DNA of 64,000 nt from Candidatus Omnitrophota bacterium (GCA_043803685.1 JAZDJU010000031.1:64001-128000), one strand, 5' to 3'; positions 22,001 to 32,297 are shown, numbered from the stretch's first letter. A program made the numbers and translations. The notes: generated by a model from the sequence alone, not told the origin.

Positions 22001-22219
22001 ATGACAGTGCTTAAGGCTTTCCGGTTACCGGTTCCGTTGACCAAACGATTGGCGCGGCTTGCAAAAGCAACGCACCGCAGTGAAAGATTTTATGTCGCTG
22101 CGGCCTTGCAATACTATCTTGAAAATTACGTGGATGCGCAGATCGCCAAAGACCGTTTTCAGGATCCGGGCTCCAAGGTGATTTCCGGGACAGAATTGAG
22201 AGCGCGGCTTGGCTTATAA
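22001..22219 (+). CDS. RelB/CopG-like RHH antitoxin
   Basis: FRLP..L..RL..LA..T.RS..F....AL..YLE; overlaps the toxin gene. Confidence 0.8.
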   Translation: MTVLKAFRLPVPLTKRLARLAKATHRSERFYVAAALQYYLENYVDAQIAKDRFQDPGSKVISGTELRARLGL

Positions 22220-22469
22220 GGTTGTTTATCTCGATCAGGTTGAGAAGGACCTGAGAACTCTTGATAAGGCGACTGCCCGTAAGATCCTGAACCGGATCGA
22301 GACCTACCTTGTTCAAGATCCCAAAGAACTGGGCAAAGCCCTGACGGGCGAATTTCGCGGGTATTGGCGCTACCGGTGGGGTGATTACCGCGTCATTTAC
22401 AAGATCGTTGAGCACGAGATCCTGATCTATATTCTCAGGATCGGGCATCGTAAGGACATCTACGAGTGA
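22209..22469 (+). CDS. relE: RelE/StbE family toxin
   Basis: GK.L.G...G.WRYR.GDYRVIY.I......LRIGHRKDIY. Confidence 0.92.
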   Translation: MAYKVVYLDQVEKDLRTLDKATARKILNRIETYLVQDPKELGKALTGEFRGYWRYRWGDYRVIYKIVEHEILIYILRIGHRKDIYE

Positions 22470-22543
22470 ACGGCTACGAGAACGGCGAAAACGGTACCGG
22501 ATTCTTAGGAATCATATCGTGAAAAACAAAGATCAGGACTCAA

Positions 22544-23296
22544 ATGACTGATTCCAGCGTGATCCCCATTGTCCATGATTTCAGCAAGTTGCTTCAATAT
22601 GCCGCTGAAAAGAAACCGGCGCTGACGCCGTCTCAGGGGCTAATTCCGTTGAAACATGTCAGGGCAATGATGGATGGGTTCATGGTCAAAGAGCCTCATG
22701 AGCATATTTACGGCGACACGGTTTTTAAAAAGCGGGATGAAATGGAATATGAGAGGTTTTATTTTCTCGATCTCTTAGCGGTAGACGGCGAATTTCTTAA
22801 AATCACGGGACGGAATACTCTTGTCAAGGGACCGGGTTGGAATATTTTTTTTGCTGTTCGCCCGGAAGAGCGAGGATTTCTGCTATTTCATTCCTTTCGA
22901 TACAGCTTTTCCATGGATGGATGGTTATCAAGGGGCCCAGATTTTGGCGAGCAACTGGAGGAAAATTCGGAGAAGATCTGGCAAAAGATGCTGCCATGGG
23001 CCAGTCGTGAGACTGTAGAATGGCAACCCTGGGCGGAAGAGCTTCTCCGAAGCTGTGCCCTCCGCTGGAATTCACCCGACCAGAGCTGTGCAAAGGACCT
23101 CGCCACTTGGGCGTTAGAGTACTGTCTTATCAAACCTCTCGAATACTTTGGATTGGTTATTGCAGACAGAAATGAGGGAAAGTTCGCCAGATTGAAGTCT
23201 TTTCGCTTAAAGCCGGCCGGATGCGAGTATTTCGGAAGAATGGCAACAAAATCCGGCCATTTCGTCGCCACTTTACCGCCCTTCTCTTTGAACTAG
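22544..23296 (+). CDS. Hypothetical protein
   Basis: 250-aa ORF, AGGA RBS. Confidence 0.7.
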   Translation: MTDSSVIPIVHDFSKLLQYAAEKKPALTPSQGLIPLKHVRAMMDGFMVKEPHEHIYGDTVFKKRDEMEYERFYFLDLLAVDGEFLKITGRNTLVKGPGWNIFFAVRPEERGFLLFHSFRYSFSMDGWLSRGPDFGEQLEENSEKIWQKMLPWASRETVEWQPWAEELLRSCALRWNSPDQSCAKDLATWALEYCLIKPLEYFGLVIADRNEGKFARLKSFRLKPAGCEYFGRMATKSGHFVATLPPFSLN

Positions 23297-23327
23297 TTTT
23301 TGCTTGGTTTATTTTCCAAGCTCAACA

Positions 23328-23475
23328 GTTTCAAACTGTAAATTCTCCTCGAGCCAGTATCGCTCGAAATGTTCCCCCGCTACCAATTTACGAAAAGACC
23401 GTCGGAGAAATCCGGCGGTCTTTTTTTATGTAAATTGGTAGCGGGGGCAGCCTGCCTGCCGCGGGCAGGGATTTG
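23328..23475. repeat. 33-bp repeat copy 2, tRNA 3'-end copy, terminator-like hairpin and an inverted tRNA 3'-end copy with a REP insert
   Basis: CCCCCGCTACCA at 23374-23385; inverted copy at 23436-23475 interrupted by CCTGCCTGCCGCGGGCAGG. Confidence 0.75.
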
Positions 23476-23488
23476 GCGCCCTTCGCTT

Positions 23489-24397
23489 TGCAGGGTAACC
23501 TTTTTTGTTCTCACTTCCGGTCCCATAGGTAAAAGAATCCCCAAAGCAATACACAAGAAAGGCGCCATCGTTGATATTCTTTGCCGCTCCTAATTCCTTG
23601 TGATAGAAGGAACCCGCGATCCTGAGACCGATCTCGATCATGACAAGGCACAACAGTACAGTGATCAGACTTATCAAAAGGCCGTGAATGAACAGCTCCA
23701 GGATCTTTGTAACAAACAATATCCTGGCAAGAACACAAAGATCGTCAACTTTGGGATACCGGGGTCGAATTCCAGGCAAGCCTTCAATTATTTCAAACAC
23801 GTTCTGACTTCCGGTGACTACGCGAGACCGAACGCCGTTATTTTAATGACGGAAATGAATGACTGGTAGAATATTGTGGATAATAACGAAGCCTTTTTGC
23901 GGTATAAGCCGAATCCTTTTTTGGCAAAATGCTACATGATGCTGATCCATTCCAGGGTCTTCAAGTTATTAACGTTGCGCTTCGCTCCGCGCAACACCCT
24001 TGCAGGGACTCATTTCAACTCCCGAACTGCTATCGCAAACGCTGATGCCCCCGGGGCGCGAAAGCGGCTGGGGGATAAATACCTGGATACCGTTCGTGTT
24101 GTTTTTGAGCGAAATGTGAATGATTTTATTAATTTTGCCCGGAGCGCAGGTGCCGACGTCCTATTTTCTCAATATCCCACGGGATCTTTGTTTGATCTCA
24201 GCCTCAAGCGCATTGCTAGAACAAAAAACGTCACAACGATTTATAACCAAAAGAGGTTTAAGGGACTTTTATCGAAGGATCGACGGGACGAATATTTTTC
24301 GGCGAGCTGTTCTTACTCTCATCCTAACGATAAGGGATACGCCATGATGGCGGAGGAAACCCTAGCGACTCTTGAAAGAAAATGGAAGTGGACGTGA
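23489..24397. pseudogene. SGNH/GDSL hydrolase pseudogene: 5' part inverted (minus, ~23489-23692), 3' part on plus with an in-frame TAG
   Basis: Minus strand: EIGLR..CFGDSFTYG..GYPA. Plus strand: QLQD..IVNFGIPG..MNDW*..HPN..GY. Confidence 0.7.
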
Positions 24398-24709
24398 CAA
24401 TGCTTAAGAGCGACCCTTGCTCCTGGCTCCCTCACAATCCAAAGGCAGCAGATTTCCCATGGGATTTCCTCCGGCCGAAAATCCCTGCGAACCGCAGCCC
24501 CTCAAGAACTCGCGAGCGCAGTGAAGACATTTGTTTCAAATTAGCCCCCGCTACCATTTGTAAAATGAAGAGCCGCTATCTATTGCAAGCGAAAATCAGA
24601 AGCTTTGTTTTCTGACATTGAACGACCTATCGCCCAATCTTGAGACATGGTCCCTAATAACATTTTCGGGTCAGGATCAATAGAATCACCATTTCATTGA
24701 ATTTCAGGT

Positions 24710-25807
24710 TCATTTCAGAAGATTGTGTCTTTCGAGTTCGAAAAGCATTGCCTTTGCGATTAGGCCATGCCCAAATTCATTCGGATGGCACCTGTCTTCA
24801 GGATAATCCGCAAGTTGCAAGGAGCCCGCAGAGATGCCTTTTGCTTTGTAATATGAAACCATATAGAAATAATCAAAATCGAACGTTTGAGCGATATCGG
24901 CAAATTGATGGTCGTTGGGAGATTCGCTATAAAGCAAAATGGGATGGATGCAAATCAAAAACCCAAAACCGTATCGTTTCTTCAATTGACTGATTTCGCG
25001 AAATCCTCGACAAATGTTTTCCATATTTTTATCAACCACTAGAGGGTCGGAAACGCTAGCCATTCTTGACAGGTCGACTCTCGCTTGAAAATATGCGAGC
25101 CGGGTTACTATAAAAAGATACAGTTTCGACCGGTAGAGCACATTCCTTTCAAACACGCGGAGGAATGAATGACGCTTGGACACGTACTTCCTGACAAGGG
25201 AAATTTGCTGCGCCTCGGTAAGATGGTTATAGTTCCCTTGGAACAAGAGATCGACGCCAGGAATGCGTTCATTATCATTAAAGAACATATTCAATATGAC
25301 AATATCCGGATCGTAAGGCAGCACTTTTTCTTTTAAGATTTCCACCTCGGCTTCTAAATTATATCCTCCCACGCCGAAGTTCATCACCTCATACCTTTGA
25401 GGGGATCCCCGATCCTGTTCTCGTCTATTTAATAAGTCCTCCAGCTTATCAGAGAAGTTTCTTTTCGCCGGAACGTTTTCGCCTTTAGTGATGGAGTCTC
25501 CGAGCATTGCAATCCTAATTAAACCTTTCGGTTTTTCTAAGACAAAATCCGCATCATTAAATCCCTGCTGATTGACTTTGACCGTGCCCACAATAAAATT
25601 GGGCAAATATTCGTATACTATTTTAGGATTTTCAACAAAGCGAAGAATGCCTGATGGACGAATGACCTCAGGGGCGAGCTCAAACTTCCGGAGGATATAC
25701 TCTGAAAGGCAAAGGCCAACGGCTAAAGAAATAGCCAAAAGAATCAGATTGAGTCTTATAGACGACTCTTTAGGATTCAAAGAAGCCACAGGTATTTCCT
25801 CTTCCAA
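24710..25807 (-). CDS. SGNH/GDSL hydrolase with N-terminal TM
   Basis: LGDSIT.G, NFGVGGY, ND, D..HPN. Confidence 0.85.
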   Translation of the reverse strand: MEEEIPVASLNPKESSIRLNLILLAISLAVGLCLSEYILRKFELAPEVIRPSGILRFVENPKIVYEYLPNFIVGTVKVNQQGFNDADFVLEKPKGLIRIAMLGDSITKGENVPAKRNFSDKLEDLLNRREQDRGSPQRYEVMNFGVGGYNLEAEVEILKEKVLPYDPDIVILNMFFNDNERIPGVDLLFQGNYNHLTEAQQISLVRKYVSKRHSFLRVFERNVLYRSKLYLFIVTRLAYFQARVDLSRMASVSDPLVVDKNMENICRGFREISQLKKRYGFGFLICIHPILLYSESPNDHQFADIAQTFDFDYFYMVSYYKAKGISAGSLQLADYPEDRCHPNEFGHGLIAKAMLFELERHNLLK

Positions 25808-25914
25808 AGGTCATAAAACTCCCCTCCGTGCGTAACGCGGTAACTTCTTCCACTTCGAAGACAGGAGACGACGGTTGTAAAGGCCGATCCAAGCGGATAT
25901 TTCCTGGCAGAAAT

Positions 25915-26030
25915 TTTCCGCATAAATTCACATTTGTATTCGATACTATAGGCGTTGTGAACTAGCCGGTCAAGAAACGCATACGAAAGCGTCGGATTCC
26001 CGAGGACCTCATGCCCGTCTTTGACCGGAT
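25915..26030 (-). pseudogene. istB: IS21 IstB helper ATPase C-terminal remnant
   Basis: HEVLGNPTL..A.LDRLVHNAY.IE....MRK. Confidence 0.7.
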
Positions 26031-26137
26031 GTGGGCTCACCTTCCATCAACTTTAAAATGTATTCCTACTGGCCTTTTTGGCTTATACGGGTAGAATGTC
26101 TCCCTCAAATTCACTCATATCCATCAAAGGAGCTACC

Positions 26138-27091
26138 ATGTACAGGGAACAGATCAAGGTGTTGGATTGCACGATCCGCGACGGCGGACTGATGAACAAC
26201 CACGATTTCGACGACCGCTTCGTCCGCGCGATCTTCAAGGCAGTCTCGGAGGCCGGGATCGACTATATGGAGATCGGCTACAAGAACTCCAAAAAACTTT
26301 TCCCCGGGGACAAGTACGGCGCCTGGAAGTTCTGCTCCGACGAGGACATCCTCAAGGTCACCGACGGGATTCCCTCGAAGACGAAGATCTCGGTCATGGT
26401 GGACGTGGACCGCGTGGACCTGAATGACATCAAACCCCGGAAAGAAAGTCCCGTGACCATGATCCGCACGGCGTGCTACGTCAAGGATGTCGACAAAGCG
26501 ATCGCGCTGGCCAACCATTTCGCGGACAAAGGTTACGAGACCGCTGTCAATCTCATGGCGATCTCGAAGGTGCTTGAGGTGGAGCTGAACGAATGTCTGG
26601 CCCAGCTCGAAAAAGAATGCAAGTGCAACGTGGTATACCTGGTCGATTCGAACGGTTCGCTTTATCAGGAAACCGTGGAGTATCTGATCAAGAAAGCCAA
26701 GAGCATCATCAAGACCAAAGAAGTCGGAATCCACGCGCATAACAATCAGCAGTTGGCCTTCGGTAACACGATCGAAGCGATCATCCATAACGCCAACTAC
26801 CTCGACAGTACGATCTTCGGCATGGGCCGCGCGGCCGGCAATTGCCCGACGGAGCTCCTCCTCGGTTTCCTGAAAAACCCGAAGTTCGACATCCGCCCGA
26901 TCCTGGACGTGATCTCCAAGGAAATGATCCCCCTTAGCAAAAAAGTCGAGTGGGGTTACGTGATCCCCCACGCGATCACCGGGATCCTGGACGAGCACCC
27001 CAAGTCCGCGTTGGAACTCCGCGAAAGCGACCAGAAGGACAACTACCGGGAATTCTACGATAGTTTCGCCGGGAGCTCCGAGGTCGAATAA
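26138..27091 (+). CDS. HMGL-like / 4-hydroxy-2-oxovalerate aldolase-family catalytic domain protein
   Basis: LDCTIRDGG, HAHNN, GMGR.AGN.PTE. Confidence 0.85.
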   Translation: MYREQIKVLDCTIRDGGLMNNHDFDDRFVRAIFKAVSEAGIDYMEIGYKNSKKLFPGDKYGAWKFCSDEDILKVTDGIPSKTKISVMVDVDRVDLNDIKPRKESPVTMIRTACYVKDVDKAIALANHFADKGYETAVNLMAISKVLEVELNECLAQLEKECKCNVVYLVDSNGSLYQETVEYLIKKAKSIIKTKEVGIHAHNNQQLAFGNTIEAIIHNANYLDSTIFGMGRAAGNCPTELLLGFLKNPKFDIRPILDVISKEMIPLSKKVEWGYVIPHAITGILDEHPKSALELRESDQKDNYREFYDSFAGSSEVE

Positions 27092-27715
27092 GTGGATCTT
27101 GAACGGTTCCGCTCAAAGCCCCTCCTCGGGATCTTGCGCGGGATCACACCTTCGGAATTGGATCCCCTGTTCGAGACGATCGTAGTAAGCGGTCTTGAGA
27201 CCGTCGAGATCACGATGAATACCGAAGGCGCGACCGGGCTCATCAAGAGCGCGGTCAAACATTTCGGCAGCCAACTCATGATCGGCGCGGGCACCGTCCT
27301 GACTCTAAAAGACCTCCAAAGCGCGCTTCGTGCCGGCGCGACCTTCATCGTCAGTCCCGTGGTTGTCCCGCCCGTGATCGAATACTGCGTCAAACGCAAG
27401 ATCCCCGTTTTCCCGGGAGCACTTACCCCTCAGGAGATCTATCAGGCCTGGCAGGCCGGAGCGACCATGGTCAAGGTGTTCCCTGCCGGTTGTTTCGGCC
27501 CGGATTATTTCAAGGAGATCCAAGGCCCGTTCCCCAAGATCAAGCTTCTGGCGTGCGGTGGCGTGACGCCTGAGAATCTTCCGGTCTATTTCAAGAATGG
27601 GGCGAGCGCGGCCGCTATCGGAGGAAGTGTTTTCCGGAAAGAGTGGCTCGGCGCAAAGAAGTTCCACCTGATACGCGCCAAGATCCAGACATATTTAAAA
27701 GCTCTGGGTCATTAA
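27092..27715 (+). CDS. eda: KDPG/KHG aldolase
   Basis: GILRG, EITM, IGAGTV, PGALTP.E, VKVFP, GGV. Confidence 0.9.
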   Translation: MDLERFRSKPLLGILRGITPSELDPLFETIVVSGLETVEITMNTEGATGLIKSAVKHFGSQLMIGAGTVLTLKDLQSALRAGATFIVSPVVVPPVIEYCVKRKIPVFPGALTPQEIYQAWQAGATMVKVFPAGCFGPDYFKEIQGPFPKIKLLACGGVTPENLPVYFKNGASAAAIGGSVFRKEWLGAKKFHLIRAKIQTYLKALGH

Positions 27716-27731
27716 TCCCTAAGGGATTTTC

Positions 27732-27802
27732 GTGTCAAAGTATCAGGGTATCAGAGTGTCAAATTCCCGCTTTGACACGTTGAAACTTTGACACTCGGAC
27801 AC
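27732..27802. repeat. Palindrome built from 8-bp tandem units (GT[GA]TCA.. / ..TGACAC)
   Basis: Same family at 43234-43307, 46984-47057 and 52202-52269. Confidence 0.75.
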
Positions 27803-27841
27803 TTCTCTCAGCATTTCTTGCGGGGCTTGGGGCGGGATCTT

Positions 27842-28597
27842 TTACTTTACCGCCTTCACGAGGACCATTTTCATGGTGTCCCAAATATCATCCTCTTTCC
27901 ATTGCACGTCATGCCTGGCTTTAAAAGCTTCTGAGGCGTTTGTATAAACGGCCCTGATCTTCAACCTGGCGTCCTCCCCGATGGCGCCGTGGTCGGTCCA
28001 CTGATCGATCGATTCCCTTGTAAGATATTCGGAGGATTGAATGGCCTTAAAACCCTGCCCCCTCAGCAGACGTGAAAAGTCGTCGGGCATAAAGAAATTC
28101 TTGCGGGAAGGGTTCCGGAGTTTTTGGATCAGGAACGTCTCATCCTTATCCTCCTCGCCATAGGCCGTAAGATGCGCCAGGACCACGCGCCCGCCGGGCT
28201 TCAAAACTCTGTGTATTTGCGCAAGGACGGCGCTCAATTCCATGAATTGCAGCCCCTGGCGGCACACGCAGACATCGAACGTATCATTTTCGAAAGGCAA
28301 CTTTTCGGCAGACGTCAGGACGATCTTGTCCGCGTGGGGCCGGGCCTGCGCCACCATCTCCTGGCAAATATCCACCCCCACCACCTGCTGGACCCGGCCA
28401 TGAAATGCCTGCGCGATCTTCCCCGTTCCAATCGCAAGATCAAGAACGCAGGCTTCCGGTCCGGCATCCGCCTGTTCCCGGATCTTTTCAATGAGCGCGG
28501 TATCCTCGACCCATCGGGAGGACTGATCGTATTTCGCGGCCCTTTTGATAAAATGGTCCCGGGCCGTTTCAGAGGCCGGGACATTTTCAGGACTCAT
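27842..28597 (-). CDS. Class I SAM methyltransferase
   Basis: VLDLAIGTG, LPF....FD, LKPGG. Confidence 0.9.
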   Translation of the reverse strand: MSPENVPASETARDHFIKRAAKYDQSSRWVEDTALIEKIREQADAGPEACVLDLAIGTGKIAQAFHGRVQQVVGVDICQEMVAQARPHADKIVLTSAEKLPFENDTFDVCVCRQGLQFMELSAVLAQIHRVLKPGGRVVLAHLTAYGEEDKDETFLIQKLRNPSRKNFFMPDDFSRLLRGQGFKAIQSSEYLTRESIDQWTDHGAIGEDARLKIRAVYTNASEAFKARHDVQWKEDDIWDTMKMVLVKAVK

Positions 28598-30002
28598 AGC
28601 AAGACTCCCGCTCTTTGGTGATGCTCCAGACCTGATGGAAATAATCCCTCAGCGTCTCTTCACTCAGGTCCGTCAGGTTGATGATCTCATCATCGTGATC
28701 GCTCACCTTCCTCAGGGAAAGCATCTTCAGGAACGCGAGCGTGTCCGTGATCTTCCCAGTCTTGACCCCGTAGTGATAGAGACTTGTTCCCGGAAAAGGA
28801 ACGAGATATTTGACCAACGGCAGGAACCGGCTCTTTTTGATGAAGGCGACCATCTCCTTGAGGGATCGTTCCGTCTCGCCGTACAAGCCGACGATAAAAA
28901 GCCCGCGTACGGCCAACCCCCGGTCCTGGGCAACTTTGACGGCGTGATCGATCTCCCGGACCTTGATATTCTTCCGGTTCTGGTCCAGGACATGCTGGTC
29001 ACAGGATTCGATGCCGAACCATATCCCCAGGCATCCCGTCTCTTTCAGGACCGCGACCAACTTCTCCGTGACTTTTTGCACGCGGGCGAAACAATGATAC
29101 CGGACCCCATGCTTCTTCAGGATCTTGCAGATCCCGATGGCGCGTTCTTCAATGACGTTGAACGTAAGATCGTTCAGCCAGGTGTAGTCAAAACCGGTCT
29201 CTTTTTTTAAGTGCGCGACCTCCTCTTCGAACCGTTCAAGGCTTTTGAGCCTGAGACCCGGGATCGTTTTAAAGCAGAACGAGCATTCCTGAGGGCAACC
29301 TCTCATCGAAGAGATCAGGATCTGGCCGTTCTTGAGGATCTCGTCGTAATTCGGCCAGACGGTATAATCCAGATGCGGCAGGTTATCGAGGTCCTTGATC
29401 TGAGGTCTCGGCGGGTTGATCACGACCTTCCCATTGTCTTTATACGCCATCCCCTTGATCGTTTTGAACGCCACCATGCCGGACCGGAAATATTCCTGAA
29501 GAAATTCAATGAGCGTGAGTTCACCCTCTCCGAGGATCGCACAATCGGCCTCGGTATGCTTAAGCAGAACCTCGGGCAGCGACGTCACGAGCGGCCCCCC
29601 GAAGAAGATCCCTTTCTCGGGATAGCGTGCCTTGATCGCGCGCGTGATCTCCTGAAGGAAAATGAACGAATCACAATAGGTGGCGATCCCCACAATGTGC
29701 GCGTCCTTAACGCCCTCGAGGACCCATCGCTCATGATCGCTTTTCAGGCGGCAATCGATGACCTTTAAGGAATAGCCCATTTTTTTGATCACGGTGGCAA
29801 TATACGTAAAGCCCTCAAAGGGGCCGGTGACCAAAAATTCCCGGCCGGGGGTCGGGATCTGGGGAGAAGGCGGCACGATTAGAACGACAGTTCCGTGTTT
29901 CCGCACAACCGCTGCCGAACGGGAAATGCTCCTTAAGACGTCTTCCTGGGGGTCCGTGTCATGAGACAAGTAATAGTTGGATGGAGGCAAGGACGTCGTC
30001 AT
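28587..30002 (-). CDS. B12-binding radical SAM protein
   Basis: GGP..T, GEGE, RGCPQECSFC, GIES, PFPGT. Confidence 0.9.
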   Translation of the reverse strand: MTTSLPPSNYYLSHDTDPQEDVLRSISRSAAVVRKHGTVVLIVPPSPQIPTPGREFLVTGPFEGFTYIATVIKKMGYSLKVIDCRLKSDHERWVLEGVKDAHIVGIATYCDSFIFLQEITRAIKARYPEKGIFFGGPLVTSLPEVLLKHTEADCAILGEGELTLIEFLQEYFRSGMVAFKTIKGMAYKDNGKVVINPPRPQIKDLDNLPHLDYTVWPNYDEILKNGQILISSMRGCPQECSFCFKTIPGLRLKSLERFEEEVAHLKKETGFDYTWLNDLTFNVIEERAIGICKILKKHGVRYHCFARVQKVTEKLVAVLKETGCLGIWFGIESCDQHVLDQNRKNIKVREIDHAVKVAQDRGLAVRGLFIVGLYGETERSLKEMVAFIKKSRFLPLVKYLVPFPGTSLYHYGVKTGKITDTLAFLKMLSLRKVSDHDDEIINLTDLSEETLRDYFHQVWSITKERESCYES

Positions 30003-30077
30003 AAGGCACTTTCCGGAACATGCCCCGCGCAGGGTACGCGCAAGGACAACCTGTCTGTGATCATACACACTCCGAAG

Positions 30078-31550
30078 TTAGGAATTCGGGACTCCCTGAC
30101 CGCAAGGGTGCAAAAGCGTTTTGAACTTTTTCGGCTTTAAAAAATAATAGTTAACGGGATTGGAATAATCGTACGGCCGCACTTCGATCTGGCGATTGAT
30201 CATCCGGTAGGCCCGGCGCAGATCTTTTTCAGGAAGGTCCGTAAAGTTCAGTATCTTATCATCTTCCACGGAACGCTCCCGTGCCAGGAAATACAAGTGC
30301 GCGACCTCATCCTTGATAATGCCCCGCTTGAGGGCATCGTAATAAAGCGGTGTTCCCGGAAGCGCGGACATATATTTGACCCGCGTCACTTCTTTGAATT
30401 TCCCGCAAAAAGCGACCGTTCTTTTAAGGCTTGCGGCGGTCTCCCCCGGGCCGCCAAGGATAAAGAGCCCGCCAATCTTCAGTCCCGCCTGCCGCGTCAG
30501 CGTGATCGCCTTGATGATCTGGCTTTGGGACACCTTCTTCCTGAAATAATCCAGGATCTTATCGGTGATGGATTCAAACCCGTACATAACGATGTCGCAG
30601 CCGCATTCCCGCATATGACGCAAGATCTTTAGATCGATGCCGTCGACCCGTGTAAAACAGCTCCAGCGAAAGTCGATCCCCTTGAACGCTTCCTCCATTA
30701 ATGTGTGAACGCGGGTCCTGGAGTCAATAAAGGTCAGATCGCTCCACCAGACATAACGGTAGCCGTATTGCTTGAGATGTAGCAGCTCCGCCCGGACCCT
30801 CCCGGGCGACTTGTGACGAAGAAGAGGCATGGCCCTGAAACAGAACGTGCAACGGCCGGGACACCCGCGGCTGGAGGTCATGTAGATCTCTGGGACGATG
30901 CCTGTCTTTTGAACGAGCGGCCAGACTGAAAAGTCCTGGAATGGAACGGCATCGAGATCATGCATTTGGGGCCGCCGGGGATTGATCTGCGTCTTCCCTC
31001 CGGCATCCTTCCAGGCGAGGCCGAGGATATCCTTTGAACCCGGAGCGTTCTTTCTTTTCATCAGAAGATCGAACAATTCGATCGTGGTCAATTCCCCTTC
31101 GCCGATCACGGAATAATCCGCCAACGTTTGATCCATGATCAGGCGCGGCACGGATGTCACCAGAGGACCTCCCAGGATCACGGGCCTCTTGGGATCCTCT
31201 TCCTTGGCGATCTCGATCGCCCGTTTCAAAAAAGGGAAACTGTCTTCATAGGCTGCGGCCATCACGACATCAAAGGGCTTGAACGCCCCTTGCGCCAAAG
31301 CCTCTGGATCAGAATCCTCTCTCTGATCCAGAATCGCCACATCACAACCAAGACCTTTCAGTACCGCTGCAATAATGGACGGACCCTCGAAAGGGGCTTC
31401 GTGCACGAATTCCCATCCGTGAGGAACCACGAAACACGAAGGAGGGACAAGGATCGCTACCTTGATTCGATGTCGCCGTGCGGGAGCGGTCGCGTGGGCG
31501 ATCTTCCACAACCGGCCGTAAGTGGGAGAAGCGTCAGGACGATCGTTCAT
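30078..31550 (-). CDS. B12-binding radical SAM protein
   Basis: GGPLVT, GEGE, SRGCPGRCTFC, GFES, LPGT. Confidence 0.9.
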   Translation of the reverse strand: MNDRPDASPTYGRLWKIAHATAPARRHRIKVAILVPPSCFVVPHGWEFVHEAPFEGPSIIAAVLKGLGCDVAILDQREDSDPEALAQGAFKPFDVVMAAAYEDSFPFLKRAIEIAKEEDPKRPVILGGPLVTSVPRLIMDQTLADYSVIGEGELTTIELFDLLMKRKNAPGSKDILGLAWKDAGGKTQINPRRPQMHDLDAVPFQDFSVWPLVQKTGIVPEIYMTSSRGCPGRCTFCFRAMPLLRHKSPGRVRAELLHLKQYGYRYVWWSDLTFIDSRTRVHTLMEEAFKGIDFRWSCFTRVDGIDLKILRHMRECGCDIVMYGFESITDKILDYFRKKVSQSQIIKAITLTRQAGLKIGGLFILGGPGETAASLKRTVAFCGKFKEVTRVKYMSALPGTPLYYDALKRGIIKDEVAHLYFLARERSVEDDKILNFTDLPEKDLRRAYRMINRQIEVRPYDYSNPVNYYFLKPKKFKTLLHPCGQGVPNS

Positions 31551-32278
31551 AAGGATGCTCTGAGGACGACCCAGTGCCAATCCTCAAAAACCTCTCCGTG
31601 GGTCTCTTCGACATAGTGCCATTTCTTATAAGCCGCCGGCGCGCCCGCCACCGCGGCAATGACCTTCCTCCGGACCTCCAGCGATAATTCCGGCGCATGG
31701 TCCATCCACTTCGTGATGGACTCGCGGACCTTCAAGGTCTTCGTCTCCTGGACGCGGAACCCGGCCTCCGTTAATTCCCCGGCAAGCGCCTCGGCCGTAT
31801 AGAACTTCAAAAGAAGCGCCTGCTTCATCCGGTGGATCTCGGCAAGCCACGCCGCATCCTCATCGGAAAATGGGACCGTGAGGCTTACCACAAAGATCCC
31901 TCCGGGGGCCAGGACCCTGGCGATCTCGGCCAGAACTTCTTTCACATTCAAGAATTGGAACGCTTGGCGGCAGACGACCAATCCGAACGCTGCGCTTTCG
32001 AACGGCAGTTTTTCAGCCCTGCCTTCCGAGACGGAAAAATAGCCGGACGCAACCCGGACCATGTCGGCACAGATATCAAGTCCCCGGACGTCCCACCCCA
32101 CCGCCTTCATGGCGCGCCCGATCTGTCCCGTCCCGCAACACAGGTCCAACGCTTTGCCCGACGGTTTTCCGGCCAGGTCCACATGGGCTCGGATCAGCGC
32201 TGGATTCGAGATCCAGTTTGCGGAGATATCAAAATCCGAAGAACGGACCGAAAATTGATCTTTTAATTTTTTATCCAT
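31547..32278 (-). CDS. Class I SAM methyltransferase
   Basis: LDLCCGTG, LPF, LAPGG. Confidence 0.9.
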   Translation of the reverse strand: MDKKLKDQFSVRSSDFDISANWISNPALIRAHVDLAGKPSGKALDLCCGTGQIGRAMKAVGWDVRGLDICADMVRVASGYFSVSEGRAEKLPFESAAFGLVVCRQAFQFLNVKEVLAEIARVLAPGGIFVVSLTVPFSDEDAAWLAEIHRMKQALLLKFYTAEALAGELTEAGFRVQETKTLKVRESITKWMDHAPELSLEVRRKVIAAVAGAPAAYKKWHYVEETHGEVFEDWHWVVLRASL

Positions 32279-32297
32279 ATTGAAATGCCTTTTGTGT

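Noticed and set aside
21808..23360. 33-bp repeats as a CRISPR array or integron attC sites
   Set aside because: Only two copies 1.5 kb apart, no cas or intI genes, no attC-type palindromes; better explained as att scars
23867..23869. In-frame TAG as pyrrolysine or stop recoding
   Set aside because: TAG ends many intact genes here and the gene is already disrupted by an inversion
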